Positions 38,318 through 49,035 of a stretch of 64,000 nt of DNA are shown here, in pieces; position 1 is the stretch's first letter; the number at the start of each line of letters is the position of its first letter. The DNA comes from Candidatus Doudnabacteria bacterium (GTDB lineage Bacteria > Patescibacteriota > Doudnabacteria > UBA920), in NCBI GenBank assembly GCA_016218585.1, contig JACRDK010000030.1, forward strand, positions 24,277 through 88,276. Direction: 5' to 3'. A program made the position numbers and the translations under genes. The notes under the pieces are model-generated. The model saw only the letters and a program-made list of their open reading frames with translations. It did no database searches and was not told the origin of the DNA.

Positions 38318-39439
38318 ATGAAAATCGCGATTGATTTAAGAAGCTTGTCCAGCGGCAGCATATCGGGCGTAGAAAATTACTGTATAAACCTGGTAGACAG
38401 CCTGCTAAAACTGGATAAGGAAAACCAATACATACTATTTTACAATGCTTTTTCCAAAAAACTTTTGGGTGATTTTCACTTTGTAAATTCGCAAGTTAAA
38501 CACTCCAAGCTGCCAAATAAAGTTTTAAACTTGCTATTTAAAACAGGCATGATTAATGTGGAAAAATTGGCAGGGGAGTTTGACTTGTTTTTTATGCCAA
38601 ACTTAAATCAGTACAACATTTTGCCCGGCGCCAAGCTGGCAATAACCGTGCACGACCTGTCCCCGGTAATCACCCCGGAATTTTATGATGCGAAAAGGCG
38701 GCTCTGGCATAAATTTTTAAATTATAAAAAAGCATTTAACCGCGCCGATAAATTATTCGCGGTTTCCGAATACACCAAGAATGATCTTATAAAAGTTTTT
38801 GGCATAAATGAGGAAAAAATTAAAGTAATCTACCCTGGGCTAGACCACGGCTTATTTAACGAAAATATATCCGAAGAAAAACAAAGACAGGTTCGCAACG
38901 AATACGGCTTGCCGGGAAATTTCTTTTTGTTTTTAAGCACCGTTGAACCAAGGAAAAACCTTGCCGGATTAATTAAAGCGTTTGAGCAGGTTAAAAGCCC
39001 TGCCTCTTTGGTTGTGGCCGGGCGCTTGGGGTGGAAATACAGAAAAGATTTTGAGTTAATTAAACACAGCAAAAAAAGTGCAAAAATTAAGTATATTGGC
39101 TATATTAAAGAGAGCGACAAGCCGGCGCTAATAAAGTTAAGCAAGGCTTTGGTCTACCCGAGTTTCTACGAAGGGTTTGGCTTCCAACCCTTAGAAGCAA
39201 TGGCCATAGGCACTCCGGTTGTAGCTAGCCAGGTCACCTCTTTGCCCGAAGTTAGCAACGGCGCGGCTTTTTTGGTTAATCCATATAATGTTGGCGATTT
39301 AACTGCGGCTTTAGAAGCTGTCTCTGAAAACGAAAGTCTAAGGCAGTCTTTAATTTCAAAAGGCCTGGACAGAGCCCAAAAGTTTACTTGGCAAAAAGCG
39401 GCCGCAGAGGTTTTGGAAAATTTTAAATCTATAAAATAA
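38318..39439 (+). CDS. GT4 glycosyltransferase
   Basis: TVHDL, EPRKN and PSFYEGFGFQPLEAM motifs. Confidence 0.92.
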   Translation: MKIAIDLRSLSSGSISGVENYCINLVDSLLKLDKENQYILFYNAFSKKLLGDFHFVNSQVKHSKLPNKVLNLLFKTGMINVEKLAGEFDLFFMPNLNQYNILPGAKLAITVHDLSPVITPEFYDAKRRLWHKFLNYKKAFNRADKLFAVSEYTKNDLIKVFGINEEKIKVIYPGLDHGLFNENISEEKQRQVRNEYGLPGNFFLFLSTVEPRKNLAGLIKAFEQVKSPASLVVAGRLGWKYRKDFELIKHSKKSAKIKYIGYIKESDKPALIKLSKALVYPSFYEGFGFQPLEAMAIGTPVVASQVTSLPEVSNGAAFLVNPYNVGDLTAALEAVSENESLRQSLISKGLDRAQKFTWQKAAAEVLENFKSIK

Positions 39440-40566
39440 TGGCGAAAAGAATTGGTCTAGACATTAGAATATTTGGCAGCATGAATGGCGGAATTGGCCG
39501 CTATGCTTTTGAATTATTTACCAGAATTTTGGAGCTGGATAAAGAGAATCGCTACTTTTTATTTTACAACAAGAAAAATGTTGACTTTAAAGATTTGGAA
39601 AGTTTTAAGAAATTTCCAAACGCCGAGCCGGTGGAAACTTCGGTGCGCCATTACTCAATAGCCGAACAAAGTTTATTTGTAAAAACATTGAATGATTTAA
39701 ATTTAGATTTGGTTCATTTTCCAAATTTTAATGTCCCGTTTTTTTATAAAAAACCTTATGTGGTAACTATTCACGATATGGTTCACCATAAAATCAGCGG
39801 CAATAAAAAAAGCCATTTATTGCATTTTTATGCCTATAAAAAAATTATAGAAAACGCGGCAATAAAAGCTAAAAAAATTATTACCATTTCGGATTTTTCC
39901 AAGCAGGAAATAATTAAGTATTTAAACGCGGACCCGCAAAAAATAAGCGTTATTTATGAAGGAACGTCATTGGGGACTAATGTGGAAGAGTCTTTTGTGG
40001 CGGAAGTAAAAAAACGCTATTTGCTTAGCCGTCCTTATTTTTTGTTTGTCGGAGTTTTAGAGAGAAAAAAGAATATTATAAATTTAACCAGAGGGTTTGA
40101 TTATTTTTTACAGAAATATAAATTAAACGTTGATCTGGTTATTGCGGGAAAAATAGACAAACACTATCCGGAAATTAAGCATAAAGCAATGGACATTAAG
40201 CATCAAAACCATTTGGTTTTTACCGGCTACGTGGATGACGACGAACTGCGCGCTCTATATAAAGGGGCATATGCCTATGCCTCGGCTTCGCTGCATGAGG
40301 GTTTTGGTTTGCCCGGAGTGGAAGCCTTGTCTTTTGGCTTGCCCTTGCTTGTCTCCAACTTGCCGGTTTTTAATGAAGTTTATGACAACGCGGCTCTTTA
40401 CTTTAATCCGCTTGACCCAAAAGATATTGGTGAAAAAATGAATTTGCTTGTAAGAGACAATCAATTTTATTCCCAGGTTCAGGAAAAAAGCCATTCAAGA
40501 AGTTTGTTCTTTGACTGGAACAAAACCGCGCGCGAAACTTTGGCAATTTATAAACAAAATTTATGA
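39439..40566 (+). CDS. GT4 glycosyltransferase
   Basis: GIGRY, TIHD and EGFGLPGVEA motifs. Confidence 0.92.
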   Translation: MAKRIGLDIRIFGSMNGGIGRYAFELFTRILELDKENRYFLFYNKKNVDFKDLESFKKFPNAEPVETSVRHYSIAEQSLFVKTLNDLNLDLVHFPNFNVPFFYKKPYVVTIHDMVHHKISGNKKSHLLHFYAYKKIIENAAIKAKKIITISDFSKQEIIKYLNADPQKISVIYEGTSLGTNVEESFVAEVKKRYLLSRPYFLFVGVLERKKNIINLTRGFDYFLQKYKLNVDLVIAGKIDKHYPEIKHKAMDIKHQNHLVFTGYVDDDELRALYKGAYAYASASLHEGFGLPGVEALSFGLPLLVSNLPVFNEVYDNAALYFNPLDPKDIGEKMNLLVRDNQFYSQVQEKSHSRSLFFDWNKTARETLAIYKQNL

Positions 40567-41669
40567 GAATATTGTTGGTTGGCGGCGGCAGCGGCGGGCC
40601 GGTTTCACCGCTTCTGGCGGTCGCCGAAAAAATTAAATTAACGCACAGCCAGGCAAAATTTTTGCTGGTCGGCACTAAGACTGGCCCGGAAAAGGGGATG
40701 GCGGAAAACTACCGCATCCCGTTTTTGGCAATTCATAGCGGTAAGCTGCGGCGCTATTTTTCCTGGCAAAATTTTCTTTCCCCGGTTTTTATTATTGCCG
40801 GATTTTTCCAGTCCATAAAAATAATAAAAGATTTTAAGCCCGATTGTGTTTTTGGGGCCGGCAGTTTTGTCCAGGTGCCAATGGTTTGGGCGGCTTGGTT
40901 TTTGCGCGTGCCGGTTGTTATCCATCAACAGGATGTTTTTCCCAGCTTGGCAAATAAGCTTTGCCAATTGGCCGCAAGTAAAATTACCGTAACATTTTCC
41001 TCAAGCCTGTCCGCCTTTGCCAGCAACTTAGGGTTTTTTTATAAAAAAAAGCAGGACAAAGTAGTTCTTACCGGCAATCCATTTCGGCAGGAATTAGACC
41101 AGGGCTTAAAACTTCAAGCTTTAAAAGAGTTTAACTTAAAACCCGATATGCCAACCCTGCTGGTTTTAGGCGGAGGCACGGGAGCGGAATTCTTTACCAA
41201 GCTAATGTCGGAAGCTATGCCTATTTTGGGAAAAACCGCCCAGGTTATTCATTCTACCGGCAAGGGGAAAATGCCCAAAGAAAATTTTGAAAACTATTAT
41301 AAAACTGAATTTCTAAACTCAGGCCAGCTGGCTAACGCCTACGCGGCCGCGGATATTGTGCTTTCCCGGGCAGGGCTCGCGACTATTACCGAGTTGTCAT
41401 TTTTGGAAAAATTAAGTATAATTGTCCCCATGCCGCAGAGCCATCAGGAAATAAACGGAGCATATTTGTTAGGCAAAGAAGCGGCTATAGTTTTGCCCCA
41501 GGAAAAAATAAATGCGCGGAATTTTACTAATTTAATACGCAAATTAATTTTTGACGTAGAAGCGCAGAAGTTTTTTCAGAAAAATATGGGCAAACTAATG
41601 CCAAAAGAAGGCGCAAAAAAAATTGCGGAGATTATAATTAAAATTGCGGAAACTAACAATGCAGATTAA
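40563..41669 (+). CDS. murG: Undecaprenyl-PP-MurNAc-pentapeptide GlcNAc transferase
   Basis: GGGSGGP, GKLRRY, HQQD, TGNP, LGGGTG, SRAG and HQEIN motifs. Confidence 0.88.
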   Translation: MRILLVGGGSGGPVSPLLAVAEKIKLTHSQAKFLLVGTKTGPEKGMAENYRIPFLAIHSGKLRRYFSWQNFLSPVFIIAGFFQSIKIIKDFKPDCVFGAGSFVQVPMVWAAWFLRVPVVIHQQDVFPSLANKLCQLAASKITVTFSSSLSAFASNLGFFYKKKQDKVVLTGNPFRQELDQGLKLQALKEFNLKPDMPTLLVLGGGTGAEFFTKLMSEAMPILGKTAQVIHSTGKGKMPKENFENYYKTEFLNSGQLANAYAAADIVLSRAGLATITELSFLEKLSIIVPMPQSHQEINGAYLLGKEAAIVLPQEKINARNFTNLIRKLIFDVEAQKFFQKNMGKLMPKEGAKKIAEIIIKIAETNNAD

Positions 41670-42588
41670 TACAGCAAAACCGACTTTAGGACTGGCTTTT
41701 TCCGGCAGCGGCAACCGCAGTTCGTTTTATGTTGGATTTTTGGAAGTATTGGATGAGCACAGCATCACGGTTGACCATATTGCAGCCTGCAGCGGAGGGG
41801 CACTGGCAGCCGCGGCTTATGCTTGCGGCACATTGCCGGAATTTAAAGAGAAAATATTTAGCCTTACCAGAGATTCTTTGAAAAGCTATTTGGTTAGAAC
41901 GTCCAATAATGGGGGATTGTATAATATAGATTTATTTGAAGAGCTTATGAGGGAGTTCACCAAAGGCCAAAATTTTGAAGATGTCCGCCCATTAATGTCG
42001 TTCGTGGCTATTGATATTGAAACCGGAGAGAAAGTGGTTTTGTGCATGGGTGACATAGCAAAAGCCGCCAGGATTTCCTGCACCTTACCCGGGGTATTTG
42101 AACCGGTAAAGTGGGGAGGAAAAACTTTGGTAGACGGCGGTCTTCTCACAATGGTTCCCGGTTTTGCTTTAAAACGGGCTGGAGTGGATGTAAGTGTTGG
42201 AATAAATATGCGAGGCACTAAACATATTTTTACCGAATCGCAAATTAACGCAAAAAAAGTTTTAAACTTTTTCAAAAAAATATTGTTTATAAACGAACTG
42301 GAAGAACTGTTTGGAAATTTGTTAAAATTAGAAGAATTGGACTTTGAAAAAAACCCAAATTTTTTCCAGGTAGTGGGCAAGAGCTTGGATTTAGCCATTA
42401 AGGCAAATAAAAATCCAAAACCGGAAGACGAAGAATGCACGCTGGTAATTGAGCCAAAACTTCCAAGGCTAAAACAAAGCGAATTTAGCCCGGAAGCGGT
42501 TAAATATTATTATGAAATGGGGCGTGAAGTAGCGCTGCAGTATGTGCCAAAAATTAACGAATTATTAAAGGTAGGGGTAAAACAATGA
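41659..42588 (+). CDS. Patatin-like phospholipase (RssA-type)
   Basis: GLAFSGSG, ACSGG nucleophile elbow, SCTLPGVFEP and LVDGG; likely start ATG 41659. Confidence 0.82.
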   Translation: MQINTAKPTLGLAFSGSGNRSSFYVGFLEVLDEHSITVDHIAACSGGALAAAAYACGTLPEFKEKIFSLTRDSLKSYLVRTSNNGGLYNIDLFEELMREFTKGQNFEDVRPLMSFVAIDIETGEKVVLCMGDIAKAARISCTLPGVFEPVKWGGKTLVDGGLLTMVPGFALKRAGVDVSVGINMRGTKHIFTESQINAKKVLNFFKKILFINELEELFGNLLKLEELDFEKNPNFFQVVGKSLDLAIKANKNPKPEDEECTLVIEPKLPRLKQSEFSPEAVKYYYEMGREVALQYVPKINELLKVGVKQ

Positions 42589-44054
42589 ACGAACTTATAA
42601 ATTTGGAAGAAATTTTACAGCCCGGAGGAAAAATTTATTTTGTGGGAATTGGCGGCATTGCAATGTCTGCCGTTGCCGGTATGGCTGCCAAGCTTGGGTT
42701 TGAAGTGGCGGGGTCAGACAGTAAAGAGCTTTACTCGCCCTCAAAGGAGATTTTGGCCGAGCATAAAATAAATTGTTTTCTTGGTTATAAAGCGGAGCAG
42801 GTTGCGGAGGCAAAAGCTAATGTTTATGTTTTGTCGGCCGGGGAGAATGAAAATAATCCGGAAGTGGACTACATAATAAAAAACAATTTGCCTCGGGTGT
42901 CCTTTGCCGAGCTGCTCTATTTTTTTAGCAAAGACAGCTTAAGAGTTGTTGTTGCAGGCACGCACGGCAAATCCACCACTACCGGCCTGTTAGGGCATTT
43001 ATTTAAAAATTTGGACAACAGTTCCTTTTTAGCCGGAGGAGTTTTGCAAAATTACCAAAGCAATTTTTATTTGGGAGACGGCCACTATTTTGTTTTTGAG
43101 GGAGATGAATACAAGGCTCAGTTCGACGATCCGAGCCCGAAGTTCCATTATTACAAACCGGATATTTTAGTGCTTACCAATTTGGAGTATGACCACCCGG
43201 ATTTGTTCCCGAACTTTGAAAGTTTGCAAAGCGAGTTTAGGCTGCTAATTGAAAAAATGCCGGAAGACGGGCTGATTGTTTATAATGCGGATGACGCCGA
43301 ACTAAGCAAACTCGTTCACGAGTCCAATATTTCTACTGTGAGTTTTGGCATAGATAATGAGGCGGATGTAAAAACAGAGCAGATTCAGTTTGGCTCCGAT
43401 TTTACAACTATTGAAGTGCTAAATAAATTTTCAAAAAATGTCGCCACGCATTTAATGGGGCAAACCGAGCAGTATAAAATTCAGCTCCCAGGTAAAATAA
43501 ATGTTTATAATGCCTTGGCGGGAATTGCCCTGCTGCGTTCTTTAGGTTTTGCCCAGGAGCAAATTGCGTTGGAACTTTTAAGCTACCTAGGAATTAAAAG
43601 AAGATTTGAAGTCGTTTCTAAAAAGGGCGGCATTACCATTATTGACGACTACGCGCACCACCCAACCGCGGTAAGCGAAACGCTAAAAGCCGCTAAATTA
43701 AAGTACCCTGATTCTAAAATTTGGGCTGTATTTGAGCCTCACACCTTTAGCCGCACCAAAGCAACAATAAACGAGCTGGCGGCAAGTTTTGACCAGGCAA
43801 ATGAAGTGCTGTTGTCCGAAATTTATCCGGCCAGAGAAAAAGCCAGTACGGGCGGAATAACTTCCGGAGATGTAATAAATGCAATTAAGGAGCATAATAC
43901 AAAACACAAAATACATAATACAATAAGGCATGTTGCCGACAAAGAGCAGGCACTAAATATTTTGCGAGAAGAATTAAAATCCGGAGATGTTGTCATTATT
44001 ATGGCCGTTGGCGCCTTTAACCGCCTGGCCTATGAATTAAAGGAGATTATATGA
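42585..44054 (+). CDS. murC: UDP-MurNAc--L-alanine ligase (MurC/Mpl-type)
   Basis: VGIGGIAMS, AGTHGKSTTT, EGDEY, DDYAHHPT and FEPHTFSRT motifs. Confidence 0.85.
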   Translation: MNELINLEEILQPGGKIYFVGIGGIAMSAVAGMAAKLGFEVAGSDSKELYSPSKEILAEHKINCFLGYKAEQVAEAKANVYVLSAGENENNPEVDYIIKNNLPRVSFAELLYFFSKDSLRVVVAGTHGKSTTTGLLGHLFKNLDNSSFLAGGVLQNYQSNFYLGDGHYFVFEGDEYKAQFDDPSPKFHYYKPDILVLTNLEYDHPDLFPNFESLQSEFRLLIEKMPEDGLIVYNADDAELSKLVHESNISTVSFGIDNEADVKTEQIQFGSDFTTIEVLNKFSKNVATHLMGQTEQYKIQLPGKINVYNALAGIALLRSLGFAQEQIALELLSYLGIKRRFEVVSKKGGITIIDDYAHHPTAVSETLKAAKLKYPDSKIWAVFEPHTFSRTKATINELAASFDQANEVLLSEIYPAREKASTGGITSGDVINAIKEHNTKHKIHNTIRHVADKEQALNILREELKSGDVVIIMAVGAFNRLAYELKEII

Positions 44055-44542
44055 ACGAATTTGGTGGAACCATAAATGAAGAAAATATCAAAAACAATAA
44101 GCCAGCAAATAGAGCTGAGGAGCTGTATTCGGAGATGTTTACTGGAGAAGAGGATAAATTCCTCAAAAGCTACAAAACTTTAAGCAGAGAAGTTCCAGAA
44201 AAAATACAAAATGATAAACTAAAATATAATAGATTATCAAATGCGATATCCATTTTTGAGGAAAAATATTCTCACGACAAAGAAAAAACAATTAGAGATT
44301 TTGAAGATCATCTTTCAATAGAGTTAAGCGGGTTACTTACCTCAACCCCTGCTGGCAAGAGAGATAGTGATTATTTTAAATTAGTTGAAGTTATAAAATC
44401 AATAATTGATTCAACAAAAGACTTTAATGAGTTTGGCCTTAATGATTCCGACCATCTCTCTAAGGCAAAAGAAGAACTTAAAAGGCATCTGGAGGATATT
44501 GATAGAGATTTGAATCTGATAAACAAAAAGCAAAATAAATAA
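44051..44542 (+). CDS. Orphan charged helical protein, AT-rich
   Basis: 163-aa ORF overlapping the murC stop and abutting the murB start. Confidence 0.65.
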   Translation: MNEFGGTINEENIKNNKPANRAEELYSEMFTGEEDKFLKSYKTLSREVPEKIQNDKLKYNRLSNAISIFEEKYSHDKEKTIRDFEDHLSIELSGLLTSTPAGKRDSDYFKLVEVIKSIIDSTKDFNEFGLNDSDHLSKAKEELKRHLEDIDRDLNLINKKQNK

Positions 44543-45601
44543 ATGCAAATCCAGGAAAATGTTATTTTAGCCCCATATACAACATTTAAAATTGGCGGAC
44601 CGGCCAGGTATTTTTGCATTGTAAAAGACCAGTTCGACGCCCTGGAAGCCTATGAATTTGCAAAAGAAAAAAAGTTGAAAACTTTTGTGTTAGGCGGCGG
44701 CAGTAATTTGCTTATTAGCGACGAAGGTTTTGACGGTTTGGTAATAAAAGTAGTTAATAAAGGCATTGAGGTGCTCAAAGAAGACGAATCTCGCGTTTTA
44801 TTGCGCGTAGCAAGCGGCGAAGTTTGGGACGAAGTGGTGCGTTTTGCCGTTACCAATAATTGGTGGGGAATAGAAAACTTGTCCCATATTCCGGGTTCCA
44901 GCGGAGCCATTGCCGTGCAGAATGTTGGAGCTTACGGACAGGAAGCCAGCAGGGTAATTGAATCTGTTACGGTTTTTAATAAAGACACCCACCAAATAAT
45001 TTCCATTAATAATCAGGATTGCAAATTTGCATATCGTAAAAGTATTTTTAACAGCGAGGAAAAAGGAAAGTATATTATTTTTAATATAGATTTTAACTTA
45101 TCAAAAATACCGGCTCCGGTTTTATCGTATCGCGATTTAAGCCAAAAATTTACAAACAGCATTCCTTCCTTGTCGGAAATTAGGAGCGCAGTTATAGAAA
45201 TTAGAAATAAAAAATTCCCGTTTCCGGTGGAAGCAAAAAATGGCAATGCCGGATCGTTTTTTAAAAATCCAATTTTAGAAGGCAGAAGTTATCAGGAGTT
45301 AAAAAATAAATTAGCCAATTCGTTTGGCGCCTCGGCCGTGGAAGCTTTGGAAAAAAAGAAATTTGAGGAAGGGAACGTAATTAAAGTCCCCGCAGCTTAT
45401 TTAATAGATATTTGCGGACTTAAAGAACTTAAAAATGGCGGCGCGGCAATAAATAAAAATCAGCCTCTGGTTATTATTAACCACAGCGGCAAAGCTACGG
45501 CAAAAGACGTGCTTGGCCTTGCGGAAAAAGTTAAAGAAGAGGTTTATTCTAAAACCGGAATAAGTTTATTTTTTGAACCGGAGTTAATAGGCTTTAACTA
45601 A
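44543..45601 (+). CDS. murB: UDP-N-acetylmuramate dehydrogenase
   Basis: TFKIGGPA, LGGGSN, IPG, QNVGAYG, YRKS and NAGSFFKNP motifs. Confidence 0.96.
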   Translation: MQIQENVILAPYTTFKIGGPARYFCIVKDQFDALEAYEFAKEKKLKTFVLGGGSNLLISDEGFDGLVIKVVNKGIEVLKEDESRVLLRVASGEVWDEVVRFAVTNNWWGIENLSHIPGSSGAIAVQNVGAYGQEASRVIESVTVFNKDTHQIISINNQDCKFAYRKSIFNSEEKGKYIIFNIDFNLSKIPAPVLSYRDLSQKFTNSIPSLSEIRSAVIEIRNKKFPFPVEAKNGNAGSFFKNPILEGRSYQELKNKLANSFGASAVEALEKKKFEEGNVIKVPAAYLIDICGLKELKNGGAAINKNQPLVIINHSGKATAKDVLGLAEKVKEEVYSKTGISLFFEPELIGFN

Positions 45602-45705
45602 AGGGGTATTTATTTTAGTCCTTATAAATAGGTTATTTAACCCCAGGGCAATTATTATCTCATGCTATAATAAAGAAGTAGATATTTAAGCAAAAAACTA
45701 AAATT

Positions 45706-46026
45706 ATGAAATTCAACCTAAAGGCCACCAATACCACCGCCACGCCGGCAATTAAAAATTTTATTGACGAAAAACTCCAGTCAATAGAAAAATTTATTAA
45801 ATCGGAAGACAAGATTAGGGTAGAAATTGAAGTTGATAAAAAAAGAAGCAAAGAGCCGCCATTTCGCGCGGAAATTGATATTCAGCCAAAAGGACACTAC
45901 GCGGAAGCCAGGGGTATGGACGTTTATGCGGCATTTGACCTTGTTTTGCCAAAAATCAAGGAACAGCTTACCAGAAACAAGGACAAGCAGGTAAGTATGC
46001 GCCGAAGACGCGCTAAGGTTATGTAG
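45706..46026 (+). CDS. hpf: Ribosome hibernation factor (short HPF/RaiA)
   Basis: [12 protein letters not shown]...DVYAAFD...KEQL; located upstream of secA. Confidence 0.88.
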   Translation: MKFNLKATNTTATPAIKNFIDEKLQSIEKFIKSEDKIRVEIEVDKKRSKEPPFRAEIDIQPKGHYAEARGMDVYAAFDLVLPKIKEQLTRNKDKQVSMRRRRAKVM

Positions 46027-46048
46027 TTGAACAAAAATTGATATTTCT

Positions 46049-46082
46049 GTCCGCCAGTTAACATTTGACTGGCGGGCTTTTC
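46049..46082 (+). terminator. Intrinsic terminator
   Basis: gtccgccagt-taacatttg-actggcgggc-tttt. Confidence 0.7.
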
Positions 46083-46162
46083 AGATTCGTGGATTTTTGG
46101 TATAATTTAACCACTGTTTTGTGGGGAAATTCAAGAATTTTAGCATAAAAGAAAGGATATTA

Positions 46163-48901
46163 ATGTCATTTTTAACCAAACTTTTTACCGGAGAAACCAG
46201 TCCTTTAGAGAAGTATGCCAAAGAATTGCAGGAAGCAAACTCCTATAAAGAAGAAATTGCTGCGCTTACCCAGGATCAGATTAAGGCAGAAATTGAAAAA
46301 TTTAAGCAAGAACTTAAAAAGCTTGAGTCTGATAAAGAAGTTTTTGCTCATTTAACAAAAATTTCACCGCGGGTATTTGCAATAACCAGAGAAGCATCTA
46401 AAAGAAGCATTGGCCAATTCCATTACGACGTACAAATGGTTGGCGGCTTTGCTTTGGCCAGCAGCAAAATTGCTGAAATGAAAACCGGTGAAGGTAAAAC
46501 CCTTACCGCGACTTTGCCATTAGTGCTTTATGCCTTAGCAGGACGCGGCGCTCATTTGGTTACAGTTAACGATTATTTGGCCAGGTGGCAGGCTTCTTTA
46601 ATGGGGCCAATTTATAAGTACTTAGGCATGTCCGTAGCTTCCATTCAGCATGAAGCGTCTTTTATGTTTGACGACGGCTACCAGCCGGAAGCGGAAGAAA
46701 TAGAAAGGCTGGAAGGGGAGACGCAAGGATTGGTGCTGGACGTAAAACATATGCGCCCCATATCCAGGCGCGAAGCTTATGCCGCGGATATTACTTACGG
46801 CACGAACAACGAATTTGGTTTTGATTATTTGCGCGACAATATGGTGCAGAGCGTTCAGCAGCTGGTGCAGCGCGAATTATTTTTCTCTATTGTGGACGAA
46901 GTCGACAGTATTTTAATTGACGAGGCCAGAACCCCGTTAATTATTTCTATGCCGGACTCAGAGCCAACCAGCAAATATTATGAATTTGCTAAATTAGTTG
47001 ACCGCCTGCAGGAAGAAACAGATTACACGGTAGATGAAAAACATAAAGCCGCCTCTTTAACCGACGCCGGCATAAACAAAATTGAAGGTATTTTAAAAGT
47101 GCCTAATATTTATGACACCTCCAAGGGCGTAACCACTATTCACCACATTGAGCAGGCTTTGCGCGCCAGGACTTTGTTTAAAAAAGATCGCGACTACGTG
47201 GTTAGCGAAGGTGAAATTATTATTGTAGATGAATTTACCGGCAGATTAATGTTTGGCCGTCGTTATAGCGAAGGTTTGCACCAGGCAATAGAAGCTAAAG
47301 AAAATGTGCAAATTCAGCAGGAAAGCAAAACCTTAGCCACAATTACCTTCCAAAACTTATTCCGTTTGTATAAAAAACTTTCCGGTATGACCGGTACCGC
47401 TAAAACGGAAGAAGAGGAATTCTTTAAAATTTATCAGCTTACTGTAGAACAGATTCCAACCAATAAGCCAAATGTCAGGCAAGATTTGTCCGACGCGGTT
47501 TATAAAACGGAAACCGCCAAATTTAAAGCTATTGCCCAGGAAGTAAAGGCTCGCTACAAAAAAGGCCAGCCAGTGTTAATTGGTACAGTTAGTATTGCTA
47601 AAAATGAAATTTTGGCAGACTTCTTAAAACAGGAAGGCTTGCCCTTTGAAATTTTAAACGCCAAAAACCACGAACGTGAAGCGCATATTATTTCCCAAGC
47701 AGGACGCCCGGGGCAAATAACGCTTGCCACCAACATTGCCGGACGCGGGGTAGACATTTTGCTTGGCGGCAACCCGGTAGACCAGGAAGAGGCCGCAAAA
47801 GTCAGGGAAGCCGGCGGTTTGCATATTTTAGGAACAGAGCGCCATGAGTCGCGCCGTATAGACAACCAGTTGCGCGGACGCGCCGGACGCCAAGGCGACC
47901 CCGGAAGTTCTCAGTTCTTTGTGTCTATGGAAGACGACCTAATGAGGCTATTCGGCGGCGACCGGATGAAGAGCTTAATGAATACTTTGGGTTTGCCCGA
48001 TGACCAGCCGGTAGAAGCTAAAATGGTTTCCAGAAGCATTGAACAGGCGCAAAAGAAGATTGAAGGATTGAACTTTGATACCAGAAAACATGTTTTGGAA
48101 TTTGACGATGTTTTAAACCATCAACGCAATATAATTTATAAAAAGCGCCGCGGTTTTTTGGTTGGCACCGAAGAGAGCAAGAAGACAGATTTGAAACAGG
48201 AAATTCTAGGGATGGCCAAGGACGAACTGGTTGAAGTCGCTGAATTTAACTTAAACCAGTTAGACGAGCACGGAGGGAAAAAAGAAGACTGGGCGAATTT
48301 GTTTAAGACTGTTGGCACAATGGTGCCGGTTGATCAAAAATTGATAGATAAGGTTAAGGAAGCCGCTAAGGACGCGGCAGACAGAGAATTTGCGGTTGCC
48401 GATACCTTCTACAAAGCGGTAGAAGAAAACTGGGAAGCCAAAGAAAAAGAAATGGGCAAAGAAGTGTTTGAGGGAGCACAGAGATTTGTTGCCCTGCAAT
48501 CTTTAGACAATCTTTGGATGGAACATTTGGACACAATGGATCATTTGCGCGACAGCGTCCGCCTTCGCGGTTATGGGCAACGCGATCCGTTGGTGGAATA
48601 TAAAAAAGAAGGCTATGTAATGTTCCAGAATTTGGTAAAGGAAATGAATAAACAAATTGTTTATACCATTTTCCATATTACCGTTCAGGTAAACCAGCAG
48701 CCAAACCAGCAAAAACCGCTTAAGGATTTGGTAACCAGTTCAGCGAGTGGCTCAATGCAAACCGGCGGGCAAACAGATCCAAAATACGAAGGCGTAGGCC
48801 GCAACGACCCCTGCCCATGTGGAGCGATAAATCCTGAAACAGGCAAGCCATATAAGTTCAAGCGTTGTGGGATGATAAACGCTAGCTACCATAAAAAATA
48901 G
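46163..48901 (+). CDS. secA: Protein translocase subunit SecA
   Basis: EMKTGEGKT, DEVDSILIDEARTPL, QLRGRAGRQGDPG and GRNDPCPCG motifs; likely start ATG 46163 after aagga. Confidence 0.98.
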   Translation: MSFLTKLFTGETSPLEKYAKELQEANSYKEEIAALTQDQIKAEIEKFKQELKKLESDKEVFAHLTKISPRVFAITREASKRSIGQFHYDVQMVGGFALASSKIAEMKTGEGKTLTATLPLVLYALAGRGAHLVTVNDYLARWQASLMGPIYKYLGMSVASIQHEASFMFDDGYQPEAEEIERLEGETQGLVLDVKHMRPISRREAYAADITYGTNNEFGFDYLRDNMVQSVQQLVQRELFFSIVDEVDSILIDEARTPLIISMPDSEPTSKYYEFAKLVDRLQEETDYTVDEKHKAASLTDAGINKIEGILKVPNIYDTSKGVTTIHHIEQALRARTLFKKDRDYVVSEGEIIIVDEFTGRLMFGRRYSEGLHQAIEAKENVQIQQESKTLATITFQNLFRLYKKLSGMTGTAKTEEEEFFKIYQLTVEQIPTNKPNVRQDLSDAVYKTETAKFKAIAQEVKARYKKGQPVLIGTVSIAKNEILADFLKQEGLPFEILNAKNHEREAHIISQAGRPGQITLATNIAGRGVDILLGGNPVDQEEAAKVREAGGLHILGTERHESRRIDNQLRGRAGRQGDPGSSQFFVSMEDDLMRLFGGDRMKSLMNTLGLPDDQPVEAKMVSRSIEQAQKKIEGLNFDTRKHVLEFDDVLNHQRNIIYKKRRGFLVGTEESKKTDLKQEILGMAKDELVEVAEFNLNQLDEHGGKKEDWANLFKTVGTMVPVDQKLIDKVKEAAKDAADREFAVADTFYKAVEENWEAKEKEMGKEVFEGAQRFVALQSLDNLWMEHLDTMDHLRDSVRLRGYGQRDPLVEYKKEGYVMFQNLVKEMNKQIVYTIFHITVQVNQQPNQQKPLKDLVTSSASGSMQTGGQTDPKYEGVGRNDPCPCGAINPETGKPYKFKRCGMINASYHKK

Positions 48902-48904
48902 AGT

Positions 48905-48974
48905 GAAATCGGCCGGAGCTTTAGCGAAGGTGGACGGCAGCGGAAAAAAGTTTAAGAAATGCCACGGGAAGTAG
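48905..48974 (+). pseudogene. Relic second SEC-C tail of secA, broken by a miniature repeat
   Basis: EIGR (48905-48916), then agctttagcgaaggtgga, then GSGKKFKKCHGK* (48936-48974). Confidence 0.7.
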
Positions 48975-49035
48975 GAGACAGGTAAAATGGTAAAATGAAA
49001 GAGAGGTCAGACGACTGTCCAACCTCCCCAGTTTT

